A stretch of 63,533 nt of DNA, the filler included, from Chiloscyllium plagiosum (lineage: Eukaryota), in the NCBI RefSeq assembly GCF_004010195.1. It is 6 parts of one record of this genome, joined end to end, with 100 filler letters (N's around TTAATTAATTAA, not from the genome) between each part and the next. Parts side by side here need not be neighbours in the genome. Positions count along the whole stretch, not along the records: positions 21,206 to 43,828 come from NC_057710.1; 5 more parts are not named here. One strand, 5' to 3'. Shown here piece by piece: positions 24,614 through 36,519 of this stretch. Made by a program: the position numbers and the translations under genes. The notes under the pieces are model-generated. The model saw only the letters and a list, made by a program, of their open reading frames with translations, was not told the DNA's origin and made no database searches. Every line of letters begins with the position of its first letter. Position 1 is the first letter of the stretch.

Positions 24614-25139
24614 CCACTAGGAAATAGGTAGTTCTGGATTTGGTGATCTATAATGAGGCAGACCTGATTAAGGAGTTTCAGATGAATGAACCCCTCGGAT
24701 GCAGTGACCATAATATAATAGAATCCATCCTGCAGTTTTAGATGGAGAGGTTGGAGTCAGATGTAATGGTATTAGTCGATTCTCCTGTTCCCTGGATGCT
24801 GCCTGACCTGCTGCGCTTTTCCAGCAACACATTTTCAGTATTAGAACTGGGTAAAGGTAACTCCAAAGATATTAGGAAGAAGTTGATTCGAAGGCAAGCC
24901 TAACAGGGAAGACAATGGAGTAGCAATAGCAGTGGTTTTGGAATAATTTGGGAGACAGAGCAGAAATTTATCCCAAGAAGAATAACATACCAAGGGAAGG
25001 AAGAAGTAACTGTGGCTGACGAGGGAGGTCAGGAACTGCATAAAAGCAAAAGAAAAAGCATGCAATGTGGTGAAGGTTAATGGGAAGGCAGAGAATTGGT
25101 AACCCTTTAAAATCCAGCAGAGGGTAACTAAAATAAAGG

Positions 25140-27141
25140 GCGTTACTGACAAGTGATTGAGGGGGATCTCGGGAAGAGGTGGCTCAATCACTGTGATTGA
25201 GGAGGGGAGGGTAGAAGAGTTGGTGTCAAAGAATGGTACAAAAGCATCCAACAGAGAGTACTGCTGGGAAATGACTGAGCAGGATTTTGCGAGGAGTCAG
25301 GTAAGGGGATAAGGTAGGCAGGCTTTTGTGTGCTTATCATTTGTAGACAAGACTACCACTGCTAATGTAAGTGACAGTGGTAAGAGACTTACTATTTGGG
25401 GGCACAAACAGGTGATTCTGTGACCGCGATCAAGACTCCAGGATATACTGTATGTCGCTTGCAGGATTTGGCAGTTGAATGTGTGGCTTGAGAGCCGTTG
25501 CAAGGGGCAGGGATTCAAATTCTTGGAACATTGGAATCTGGGATAGAGATGGCCTGTACAGGAGGGACAGATGACACCTGAACTGGAGGAGGACCAGTAC
25601 CTTCGTGGAGAAATATGCTGGAGTGATTCGAGAGGGTTTAAATCATTTGGTCAGGTGGGTGGGATCCAGAGCAGCAGAAAGATGAAAGAGAAGGTTGAGG
25701 ACCGTACGGAAGTTAATGAGAGCACATTAAATACTAAAGGCAGTGTTGGTAATCCTAGACAGGGCAGGCAAGAGCGTGGCAGGAAGGAGGGTAAGTCTCA
25801 ATTAAACTGCATTTATTTCAATACAAGAGGCCTGACAAATAAGGCAAATGAATTTGGGGCGTGGGTGGGTGTATGGGACTGGGATATTATAGCGAGTACA
25901 GACACATGGTTGAGGGAGGGACAGGACCGGCAGCTCAATGTTCCAGCATACAGATGCTATAGGAAGGATAGAAGGGGAGGCTAGAGAGGAGGGGGTATTG
26001 TGTTTTTGATTAGGGAGAATGTCATGGCAATATTGATAGAGGACATTCTTGAGGGTTCATCCACCTGAATCTAAATGGGTAGAACTGAGAAATAAAAAAG
26101 GGGAGATCATTTTGATAGCATTGTACTATAGATCTCCCAATAGTCAGCAAGGGATGAGGAGCAAATATACAGGGAGATCACAGATAACTGTAAGAATGCT
26201 AGTGTGGTAATATCAAGGGATTTTAGCATTGACTGGGACTGTCATAGTGTTAAGGGTTTCGTTGGGAAGAAATTTGTTAAGTGTGTTCATGAAGAATTTG
26301 TCATGCAGTATGTAGATGGCCGTATCAGAGAAGATGCAAAACCTGACCTCCTCTTGAGAAGCAAGGCAGGGCAAGTGACGGAAGTCTTAATGGGAAAGCC
26401 CTTTGGGACCAGTGCCCATAATTCCATTAGTTTTAAAATAGCTAAGAAAAAGAATGGAACTGGTCCACAATTTAAAGTTCTAAATTGGGGAAAGGCCAAT
26501 TTGGATGGTCTTAGACAGGAACTTTCAAACATTGATTGGAGGAGGCTATTTCCAGGCAAAGAGATGTCTGGTAACTGTAAGGCTTTCAAAAGTGAGTTAA
26601 TGAGGGTTCAGGACAAGCATGTTCTTGTTAGGGTGAAGAGTAATGCTGGCAGGAGGAGGGAGCCCTGGATGACAAGACTTATTGAGAGTTGAAACTTTAT
26701 TGCTGGAACAGCACAGCAGGTCAGGCAGCATCCAGGGAACAGGAGATTCGACGTTTCGGGCACAGGCCCTTCTTCAGGAATCATTAGGATCACAGACGAA
26801 GACTTATTGAGACCCTGGTCAAGAAAAAGAAGGACTTATATGACATGTATAGGCAGCTAGGATCAAGTGAATTTCTTGAGGTGAGTAAAGGGTGTCAGAG
26901 TACATTTCAGAGAAAAACTAAGAAGGCTCCAAGGGGATACAAGATGACTTTGGCAGATGAGGTAAAGGAGAATGCAAAGAGATTCTACAACTACATGAAG
27001 GGCAAAAGAGTAATCAGGGAAGAATAGGGCCTCTTAAAGAACATGTTTTTACCTAGTTTTTACCTCTTAAAGATCAACAAAGTCACCTGTGTGCGAAGCC
27101 TCAAGAGATGAGTGAGATCCTAAATGAATATTTCTTGTCAG
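25140..27141 (+). mobile_element. CR1/HER1 LINE 5' portion: ORF1 (esterase-like) remnant and ORF2 endonuclease
   Basis: WLESRCKGQGFKFLEHW at about 25484 resembles the CR1 ORF1 SGNH-like domain. ORF 25571..25984 has CIYFNTRGL...DIIASTDTWL...YRCYRKDR and ORF 26204..26692 has SAHN (APE endonuclease). Confidence 0.8.
26688..26798 (-). mobile_element. Short PLE family 1 end with a 14-bp TSD
   Basis: aagacttattgaga at 26674-26687 and 26799-26812. The minus strand contains ctgaagaagggcctgtgcccgaaacgtcga. Confidence 0.8.
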
Positions 27142-27788
27142 TACAGATAGTTCTGCTGTAATGACGTAGTTGTGTTGCTTAATAGAAAATCGCTTACTAG
27201 AAATAATGGGGCCTATGGGAAAAGTGGAGTTAGCTGCAGGCCAGCAAAAAAATCACTCATGATCGCTCAAAAATCACCCAAAAGCCTGAATGAAGGTTGA
27301 AATCATATTTATTAACAAAACAAAAGTAAAACTAACACAGTACATTTTAAAAATATACGGAAGCTGCTCTCTGTACAGTATCTCTCACAGAAAACTGCTC
27401 TATCGGCACTGAAATCGCACATGTGCAAAACAAAGCACACAAACCGATCCCCGCTGGAATAGCGCTATTGCGAATAGAGATAAGTGTTCTTGAAAATACC
27501 GTTCCCTAATTCTTCAGCGACGTTATAGCCAAATTGTGCTGCCGAAATGTGCATTACATAGAACATAGAACATTACAGCACAGTACAGGCTCTTCAGCCC
27601 TCGATGTTGCGCCGCCCTGTCATATTAATCTGAAGCCCATCCCACCTACACTATTCCATGTACAGTACGTCCATTTGCCTGTCCAATGACGACTTAAATG
27701 GACTTAAACTTGGCAAATCTACGACCGATACAGGCAAAGCATTCCATACCCTTACTACTCTCTCACAATTCTCCCACAATTACCTGTA
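27142..27788. mobile_element. Tc1/mariner (Tigger-like) non-autonomous DNA element, interrupted by a CR1 3' fragment (about 27558-27760)
   Basis: The left end TA-cagatagttctgctgtaatg has a partial complement (cattacatagaac ... tacctg-TA) split by the LINE tail. The host LINE resumes after 28078. Confidence 0.5.
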
Positions 27789-27794
27789 CTGTAT

Positions 27795-28077
27795 AACCTG
27801 CAATCTTCTTCCTGACCTCTCCGCCCCCACCCCCACTCCAGCCTATCACCCTCGCCTTGACCTCCTTCCACCTATCACATTTCCAACGCCCCTCCCCCAA
27901 GTCCCTCCTCCGTACCTTTTATCTTAGCCTGCTGGACACACTTTCCTCATTCTTGAAGAAGGGCTCATGCCCAAAACGTCAATTCTCCTGCTCCTTGGAT
28001 GCTGCCTGACCTGCTGCGCTTTTCCAGCAACACATTTTCGGCTCTGATCGCCAGCATCTGCAGTCCTCACTTTCTCT
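27795..28077 (+). mobile_element. PLE family 1 3' end with tail
   Basis: C-rich 3' UTR, decayed hammerhead (ttgaagaagggctcatgcccaaaacgtc), ending ...gcagtcctcactttctc. Confidence 0.82.
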
Positions 28078-28079
28078 TT

Positions 28080-29075
28080 ATTGTTGAGAAAGGCATGGAT
28101 TCTAGGGAACCTGGGGAAATAAACCAGCTCAGGTCAGGTGGGAGAGTATTTCAGTGATAGTGATCACAACTCCCTGACCTTTATAATGTCATGGAGAGGG
28201 ATAGGAGCAGACGGTATAGGAAAGTATTTAATTGGGGGAGGGGTAGTTACAATTCTATTAGGCAGGAACTGTGGAGCTTAAATTGGGAACATATTCTCAG
28301 GGAAATGCACAACAGAAATGTGGAGGTTATTTAGGGAGCACTTGCTGTGAGTGCTGAATAGTAGGTAGAGTGAAGGAACCTTGGATGACAAGAGATGTGG
28401 AACACCTAGTCAAGATGAAGAAGGAAGCTCACTTATGGTTCAGGAGGCAAGGATCAGACAGGGCTCTAGAGGGTTACAAGGTAGCCAGGAAAGAACTGAA
28501 GAATGGATTTAGAAGAGCTAAAAAGGGGCATGAAAATGCCTTGGCAGGTAATATTAAGGAAAATCCTAAGGCATTCTACACTTATGTGAGGAACAAGAGG
28601 ATGGCCAGAGTGAGGGTAGGGCCAATCAAGGATAGTGTTGGGAACTTGTGCCTAGAGTCAGAGGAGATAGGGGAGGTCCTTAATGAATTCTTTGTTTCAA
28701 TATTCACTCGTGTCATTTGTGAGGACTGCATGAAATAGACTGATATGCTGAAAAAGGTTGATGTTAAGAAGGAGGATGTGTTAAAGATTTTGAAACTCAT
28801 AAGTATTGAAAAGTCCCCTGGGCCAGTCAGGATATACACCTTCAGGAAACAAGGGAAGATGATCTGCACCTTTGGTGATGATCTTTGCATCCTCACTGTC
28901 CACTGGAGTAGTGCCAGTTGATTGGAGGGTGGCAAATGTTATTCCCTTGTTCAAGAAATGGAATAGAGATAATCCTGTAAATAACAGGCCAGTCAGTTTT
29001 ACGTTGATGGTGGGAAAATTATTGGAGAAGATTCTGAGAGACAGGATTTATGATTACTTGGAAAACCATGGTTTG
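28080..29075 (+). mobile_element. CR1/HER1 ORF2 fragment
   Basis: ORFs 28370..28738 (IKENPKAFY) and 28872..29111 (VPVDWRVANVIPLFKK). Confidence 0.88.
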
Positions 29076-29300
29076 GAGACACCAGTGTTGGACTGGGGTG
29101 TACAAAGTTAACAATCACACAACACCAGGTTATAGACCAACAGGTTTATTTGGAACTACGAGCTTTTGGGGCACTGTTTCTTCATCAGGTGGTTATGGAG
29201 AATGAGTGTAAGTCACAGAATTTATAGCAAAAGTTTACAGTGTGATGTAACTGAACTTACATATTGAAAAAGACGTGGATTGTTTGTTAAGTCACTCATT
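29074..29300 (-). mobile_element. PLE family 2 3' end
   Basis: ggagacaccagtgttggactgggg...aatcacacaacaccaggttatag. The minus strand has a decayed hammerhead, cacctgatgaagaaacagtgccccaaaagctcg. Related pieces are at about 36410-36520 and 53746-53861. Confidence 0.7.
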
Positions 29301-29374
29301 CAAAGTTTGGGTGACGATTTGTAGCTTGGGTGCTCTTTGTTGTGGTTCTGTTCGCCGAGCTGGAAATTTTTGTT

Positions 29375-29414
29375 GCAAACGTTTCGTCCCCTGTCTAGGT
29401 GACATCCTCAGTGC
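29375..29414 (-). ncRNA. Minimal hammerhead ribozyme (PLE family 3 end, about 29325-29525)
   Basis: The minus strand reads GCA-CTGAGGA-T-GTCACCT agac AGGGGAC-GAAACGTT-TGC: 3-bp helix I (GCA/TGC), helix II with 6 of 7 pairs, palindromic ACGU helix III and a GUU cleavage triplet. Confidence 0.72.
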
Positions 29415-29526
29415 TTGGGAGCCTCCTGTGAAGCGCTTCTGTGGTGTTTCCTTCTGCATTTATAGTGGCCTGTCCCTGCCGCTTCCGGTTGTCAGTTTCA
29501 GCTGTCCGCTGTACTGGCCGGTATAT

Positions 29527-29622
29527 TAGATTAGATTAGATTACTTTACAGTGTGGAAACAGGCCCTTCGGCCCAACAAGTCCACACCGACCCGCCGAAG
29601 CGTAACCAACCCATACCCCTAC
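29527..29622 (-). mobile_element. HE1-type SINE 3' end (truncated at the N7 gap, 29623-29629)
   Basis: (attag)n tail and ggaaacaggcccttcggcccaac. Confidence 0.85.
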
Positions 29623-29629
29623 NNNNNNN

Positions 29630-32015
29630 ACAGCCCCAGCCTGTTCAGCCTCTCCCTGTAGCTCAGATCCTCCAATCCTGGCAACATCCTTGTAAATCTT
29701 TTCTGAACCTTTTCAAGTTTCACAACATCTTTCCGATAGGAAGGAGACCAGAATTGCACGCAATATTCCAACAATGGTCGAACCAATGTCCTGTACAGCC
29801 GCAACATGACCTCCCAAATCCTATACTCAATACTCTGACAAATAAAGGAAATCATACCAAACGCCTTCTTCACTATCCCATCTGCCTGTGACTCCACTTT
29901 CAAGGAGATATGAACATGTACTCCAAGGTCTCTTTGTTCAGCAACAGTCCCTAGGACCTTACCATTAAATGTATAAGTCCTGCTAAGATTTGCTTACCAA
30001 AAATGCAGCACCTCACATTTATCTGAATTAAACTCCATCTGCCACTTCTCGGTTAATTGGCCCACCTGGTCAATATCCAGTTGTAATCTGAGGTAACCCT
30101 CTTCGCTGTCCACTACACCTCCAATTTTGGTGTCATCTGCAAACTTATTAACTGTACCTCTTATGCTCGCATCCAAATCATTTATGTAAATGACAAAAAG
30201 TAGAGGACCCAGCACTGATCCTTGTGGTACTCCACTGGTCACAGGCCTCCAGGCTGAAAAACAACCCTCCACCACCAACCATTCTATCTTTGAGCCATTG
30301 CTGTATCCAAATGGCTAGTTCTCCCTGTATTCCATGAGATCTAACCTTGCTAATCAGTCTTCCATGGGGAACCTTGTCGAACGCCTTACTGAAGTCCATA
30401 TAGATCACATCTACCGCTCTGCCCTCATCACTCCTCTTTGTTATTTCTTCAAAAAACTCAATCAAGTTTGTGAGACATGATTTCCCACACACAAAGCCAT
30501 ATTGACTATCCCTAATCAGTCCTTGACTTTCCACATACTGTCCCTCAGGATTCCCTCCAACAATTTGTCCACCTCTGACATCAGGATCACTGTTCTATAG
30601 TTCCCTGGCTTGTCCTTACCGCTCTTCTTAAACAGTGACACCACGTTAGCCAATCTCCAGTCTTCCGGCACCTCACTTGTGACTATTGATGATACAAATA
30701 TCTCAGCAAGAGGCCCAGCAATCACTTCCCACAAAAGTCCTGGGTACACCTGATCAGGTCCTGGGATTTATCCACCTTTACCCGTTTCAAGACATCCAGC
30801 ACTTCCTCCTCTGCAATATGGACATTTTACAAGATGTCACCATCTATTCCCTTGCAGTCAATATCTTCCATATCCTTTTCCACAGTAAATTCTGATGCAA
30901 AATACTCATTTAGTATCTCCCCCATTTTCTGCGGCTCCACACAAAGGCCGCCTTGCTGATCTTTGAGGGGCCCTATTCCCTCCCTAGTTACCCTTTTATC
31001 CTTAATGTATTTGTAAAAACCCTTTGGATTCTCCTTAATTCTATTTGCCAAAGGTATCTCATGACCCATTTTTGCCTTCCTGATTTCCCTCTTAAGTATA
31101 CTCCTACTTCCTTTATGCCCTTCTAAGGATTCACTCGATCTCTCCTGTCTATACCTGGCATATGCTTCCTTCTTTTTCTTAACCAAACCCTTAATTTCTT
31201 TGGTCATCCAGCATTCCCTATACCTACTAGCCTTTCCTTTCACCCTAACAGGAATATATTTTCTCTGGATTCTTGTTATCTCATTTCTGAAGGCTTCCCA
31301 TTTGTCAGTTGTCCCTCTACCTGCGAACATCTGCCCCCAATCAGCTTTCAAAAGTTCTTGATTCATACCGTCAAAATTGGCCTTTCTCCAATTTAGAACT
31401 TCATCTTTTAGATCTGGTCTATCCTCTTGCATCACTATTTTAAAACAAATAGAATTATGGTCGCTGGCCCCAAAGTGCTCCCCCCATTGACACCTCAGTC
31501 CCCTGCCCTGCCTTATTTCCCAAGAGTAGGTCAAGTTTTGCACCTTCTCTAGTAAGTACACCCACATACTGAATCAGAAAATTTTCTTGTACACACTTAA
31601 CAAATTCCTCTCCATCTAAACCCTTAACACTATGGCAGTCGCAGTCTATGGTTGGAAAGTTAAAATCCCCTACCGTAACCACCCTTGTATTCTTACAGAT
31701 AACTGAGATCTCCTTCCAAGTTTGTTTCTCAATTTCCCTCTGACTATTAGGGGGTCTATAATACAATCCCAATAAGGTGATCATCCCTTTCTTATTTCTC
31801 AGTTCCACCCAAATAACTTCCCTGGATGTATTTCCGGGAATATCCTCCCTCAGCACAGCTGTAATGCTATCCATTATCAAAAATGCCACCCTCCCCCCCT
31901 CCTCTCTTGCCTCTCTTTCTATTCTTCCTGCAGCATTTGTATCCTGGAACATAAAGCTGCCAGTCCTGCCCATCCCCGAGCCATGTTTCTGTAATTGCTA
32001 TGATATCCCAGTCCG
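29630..32015 (-). mobile_element. CR1/HER1 LINE ORF2, endonuclease through RT, frameshifted
   Basis: Consecutive ORFs 31455..31973 (YYRPPNS, VGDFNFP), 30827..31567, 30516..30749, 30178..30534, 29994..30278 (KFADD) and 29619..29903. Confidence 0.93.
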
Positions 32016-32712
32016 CATAACCTTTTTGGATTGTAACCTGGTGTGTGATTTTTAACTTGGAAAACCAAAGTTTTATTAGAGATAGTCAGCATGAATTTGT
32101 GAGGTACAGGTCATGCCTCACAAGCCTTATTAAATTCTTTGAGGATGTGACAACACACATTGATGAAGGGAGAGTAGTGGATATGTATGCATTTTAGCAA
32201 GGTGTTTGATGAGGTTCCCCAGGATAGGCTCATTCAGAATGTAAGGTGGCATGGACTACAGAGAAATTTGGCCAACTGGATACAGAATTGGCTGTTCCAT
32301 AGAAGACAGAGGATGGTGGTGGATAGAAAGTTTTCAGCCTAGAGCTTGGTGACCAGTAATGTTCCACATGGATTGGTTCTGGGACCTCTGCTCTTTGTGA
32401 TTTTTATAAATGACTTAGATGAGGATGCCGAAGGGTCGGATTGTAAGTTTGCTGATAGCACAAAGGTTCGTGGAGTTGCGGACAGTGTGGAGGACTGTGA
32501 TAGGTTGCAATCAGACATTGACAGGATGCAGAACTGAGCTGATAAGTGGCAGATGGAGTTAAACCTGGAAAAGTGTGAAGTGATTCATTTGGAAGGTTGA
32601 ATTTGAATGGAGATTACAGAGTTAAAGGCAGGATTCTTGGCAGGGTGGAGGAACAGAGAGATCTTGGGCCCCACGTCCATAGATCCCTCAAAGTTGCCAC
32701 CCAAGTTGATAG

Positions 32713-34163
32713 GAGAAAGTGATGACTGCAGATGGTGGAGATCAGAGACGAGAGTGTGGTGCTGGAAAAGCACAGCAGGTGAGGCAGCTTCCAAGGAGCA
32801 GGAGAATCGTCATTTTGGGCATAAGCCCTTCATCAGGAATGAGGCTTATGGGCAGGGGAGGCTGAGAGGTAAATGGGAGGGGGTTGGGGTTGGGGGTAAG
32901 GTAGTTGAGAGTGTAATAGGTAGATGAAGGTCAGGGAGAAGATGATAGGTAGGAGAGGAGGGTGCAACGGATCGATGGGAAAGGTAATGGACAAGTCAAG
33001 AGGGTGGTGCTGAGTCGGGGGTTGGGTCTGGGATAATGTTGGGGAGAGGGGAAATCCACATTAATCCTGTGTGGTTGCAGGGTCCCAAGGTGGAATATGA
33101 TGCGTTCTTCCCAGACAGAACACCCCTGATAGGGTGGAAGATAAGGACTAGGGATGTTCTGTCCTTGTTACCTTGGGAGGGGCGGGGTTCAAGGGCAGAG
33201 ATGCGGGAAGTGGAGGAGATGCACCGGATAGCATCGTCAGCCATGTGGGAAGGGAAATTGCAGTCTTGGAAGAAGGAGGCCATCTGGGATTTTGTAAGGT
33301 AGAATTGGACATGCTGGGAACAGAAAGGCAGAGGTGGAGGAATTGGGAATAAGGGATGGAGTTTTTACAGGGGTTAAAAACTCCTCCCAATGCAACAAGG
33401 ACAGAACCAACCCCCCCCCGGTCCTCACCTCTCACCACAACAACCTCCGTATACATCGCACGATTCTCCGCCACGTACAAACAGACCCCACCATCAGAGA
33501 TATATTCCCCCCCACCCCCACCCCGATCAGTGTTCCGGAGAGACAATTCATTCCGTGGCTCCCTCGTCAGGTCCATGCCCCCCACCAGTCCACACTTCAC
33601 TCCCAGCACTTTCCCCTGCACCTACACATCCCCTCTCACCTCCATCCAAGGTCCCAAAGGATACTTCCACATCTGACAGAAATTTATCTGTACCTCCATC
33701 ACCCCATGGCTGAACACTTCAACTACCCTTCCCACTCCTGGGCCTCATCTATCACCAAACCATTACCACCCGATGTCTCGAGGAAGACCACCGCATATTC
33801 CGCCTTGGGACCCTGCAACCACACTCAATCAATGTGGATTTCACCAGTTTCCTCATTCCCCTTCCCCCCCACATACTTCCAATCCCGATCCTCCAACTCG
33901 GCACCGCCCTCTTGACATGTCCATCATCTTTCCCATCTATCTGCTCCACACTCCTCTCTGACCTATCACCTTCTCCCCCACCTTCATCTACCTATCGCAA
34001 TCTCAGCTACCTTACCCCTAACACCACCCCCTCCCATTTATCACTCAGTCCCCCACATCCTAAAAGCCCCATTCCTGATGGAGGGCTTATGCCCGAAACA
34101 TCGATTCTCCTGCTCCTTGGATGCTGCCTCACCTGCTGTGCCTTTCGAGCACCGCGCTCTTGT
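32713..34163. mobile_element. Large Penelope-like foldback with internal RT-linker and GIY-YIG remnants
   Basis: Minus-oriented 3' end from 32713 to about 33370, then plus-oriented 33370-34163 (KNSSQCNKDRTNPPPVLT...LRIHRTILRH). Degenerate 13-bp TSD cccaagttgatag/cccaagtcaatag at 32700-32712 and 34164-34176. Confidence 0.8.
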
Positions 34164-34499
34164 CCCAAGTCAATAGAGCTGTTAAGAAGGCGTAGACGGC
34201 TTTTATTAGCAGGAGGATTGAGTTTAAGTACCGCAATGTTATGCTGCAGCTCTATTGAGCCTTGGTTAGACCACACTTGGAATATTGTGTTCAGTTCTGG
34301 TCGCCTCATTACAGGAAGCTTGCGGCAGGTTTAGGGAGGGTGCAGAGAAGATTTACCAGGATGCTGCCTGGACTGGAGGGCATGTCTTATGAAGAAAGGT
34401 TGAGGGACCTCGGGCTTTTCTCATTGGAGCGAAGAAGAATGAGAGATGACTTGATAGAGCTGTACAAGATGATGAGAGGCACACATACAGTGAATTGTT

Positions 34500-35690
34500 T
34501 AGAATCATAGAGATGTACAGCAGGGAAATAGACACTTCAGTCCAACTCTTCCATGTAAACCTGATATCCCAACCCAATCTAGTCCCATCTGCCAGCACTC
34601 AGCCCATATCCCTCCAAATCCTTCCTGTTCATATACCCATCCAAAAGCCTCTTAAATGTCACAATTGTACCAGCCTCCACCACTGCCTCTGGAAGCCCAT
34701 TCCACCCACACCACCCTCTGCATGAAAAAGTTGCCCCTTAGGTCTCTTTTATATATTTCCCCCCTTACCCTAAACCTGTAGTTCTGGACTGCCCCACCCC
34801 AAGGAAACGACCTTGTCTATTTATCCTATCCATGCCCCTCATGATTTTATAAACTTCTATAAGGGCACCCCTCAGCCTCTGACGCTTCAGGGAAAATGGC
34901 CCTAGCCTATTCAACTTCTCCCTATAGCTCAAATCCTCCAACCGTGGCAACATCCTTGTAAATCTTTTCTGAACCCTTTCAAATTTCACAACATTTGTCC
35001 GATAGTAATATGCAATATTCCAAAATGGCCTAACCAATGTTCTCTACAGCCGTAACGTGACATCCCAACTCCTGTGCTCAATACTGTGAACAATAAAAGA
35101 AAGCATACCAAAAACCTTCTTCACTATCCTATCTACCAGTGACTCAATTTTCAAGGAGCTATAAACTTGCACTCCAAGGTCTCTCTGTTCAGCAACACTC
35201 CCTAGGACCTTACCATTAAGTGTATATGTCCTGCTAAGATTTGCTTTCCCAAAATGCAACACCTTGCATTTATCTGAATTAAACTCCAGGCAGCCACACC
35301 TCAGCCGAAAGGCTCATCTGGTCATGATCCCAATGTAATCTGAGGTAACCTTCTTCGCTGTCCACTACACCTCCAATTTTGGTGTCATCTGTAACCCTAC
35401 TAACTGTATTTCTTATGAGCCATCCAAATCATTGATGTAAATGACAAAATGTAGAGGGCCCAGCACCGATCCTTGTGGGACTCCACTGGTCACAGGCCTC
35501 CAGTCCGAAAAACAACCCTCCACCATCATCCTCTGTCTTCTACCTTTGAGCCAGTTCTGTATCCAAATGGCTAGTTCTCCCTGTATTCCATGAGATCTAA
35601 CCTTGCTAATCAGTCTCCCATGGGGAACCTTGTCGAACACCTTACTGAAGTCCATATCGATCACGCCTACTGCTCTGCCCTCATCAATCC
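34500..35690 (-). mobile_element. CR1/HER1 LINE 3' half (nested)
   Basis: ORFs 35413..35883 ([10 protein letters not shown]), 35044..35262 and 34765..35037, with the tail agaatcatagagatgtacagc at about 34501. Confidence 0.9.
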
Positions 35691-36441
35691 TAAGACTTGT
35701 TCCCAGAGCAGAAATGGCTATCACAGTCGGGCATAATTTTAAGGTGATTGGAGGAATGTTTAGGGGAGATGTCAGAGGGAGGTTGTTTCCACAGAGAGTG
35801 GTGGGTGCGTGGAATGTACTGCCAGCAGGGGAAGTATAGTCAGATACATTAGAGACATTTAAGTGACTCTTGGACCGGCACATGGATGATAAGAGAATGA
35901 AGGGTATGCAGGTCAGTTTGATCTTAGAGTAGGATACAAGGTCAGCTCAACATCCAGGGCTGAAGGGACTGTACTATGCTGCACTGTACTATGTTTTAAT
36001 GAAACCTGACTTGAAAGAAGTTGTAAACATTTGTTGATGTCGTTCTCAGTCAATGAACAATAGTTGCATTAGCTACTCATTTTAACAGCAGAAAATAAGC
36101 TAATTATACAAAACATGAAAAGCAAAAGCAAACAAAAGAAACGACTTAAGCTTGAAACAAGATGTTGGAAAAATTGGAAACGAACAGCAAAACAAGGTTA
36201 CACCTATTTTCTGATTTTCAGAAACTCAAATCCAGACAACACAGACATTGGCCAGATGGTTAACAGTGGGAGGGGAGGATGCAGGAGGTGCATAGGAGTC
36301 TCACCAAGAATTTGCCTGGGATGGAGCACTTCACCACCATTGAATAAAGGCTAGATAACTCAAGTTGTTTTCGTTGGAACACAGAAGGTTGAGGACGGGC
36401 TCAGAACATGGAACAATATCGACCAACAGGTATTTAAGAAA

Positions 36442-36476
36442 CTGTAGCTTTCAGAGCGCTGCTCCTTCATCAGGTC
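36442..36476 (-). ncRNA. Minimal hammerhead ribozyme core (PLE family 2)
   Basis: The minus strand reads gac-CTGATGA-A-GGAGC agc GCTCT-GAAAGCTA: 5-bp helix II (one G-U pair), palindromic AGCU helix III and a CUA cleavage triplet. Helix I is decayed. Confidence 0.62.
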
Positions 36477-36519
36477 GCTGTGGAGCAGGATCATAAGACA
36501 CAGAATTTATAGCAAAAGA

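Larger units (their letters stand above)
32015..35995 (+). mobile_element. CR1/HER1 LINE 3' half split by a PLE (32713-34163) and an antisense CR1 copy (about 34500-35690)
   Basis: Collinear pieces 32015-32712, 34164-34490 and 35690-35995 give RT, then C-terminus, then 3' tail. Confidence 0.85.

Noticed and set aside
33036..34334. Dense overlapping Pro-rich ORFs suggesting a novel gene
   Set aside because: They are alternative frames of the C-rich decayed PLE foldback.
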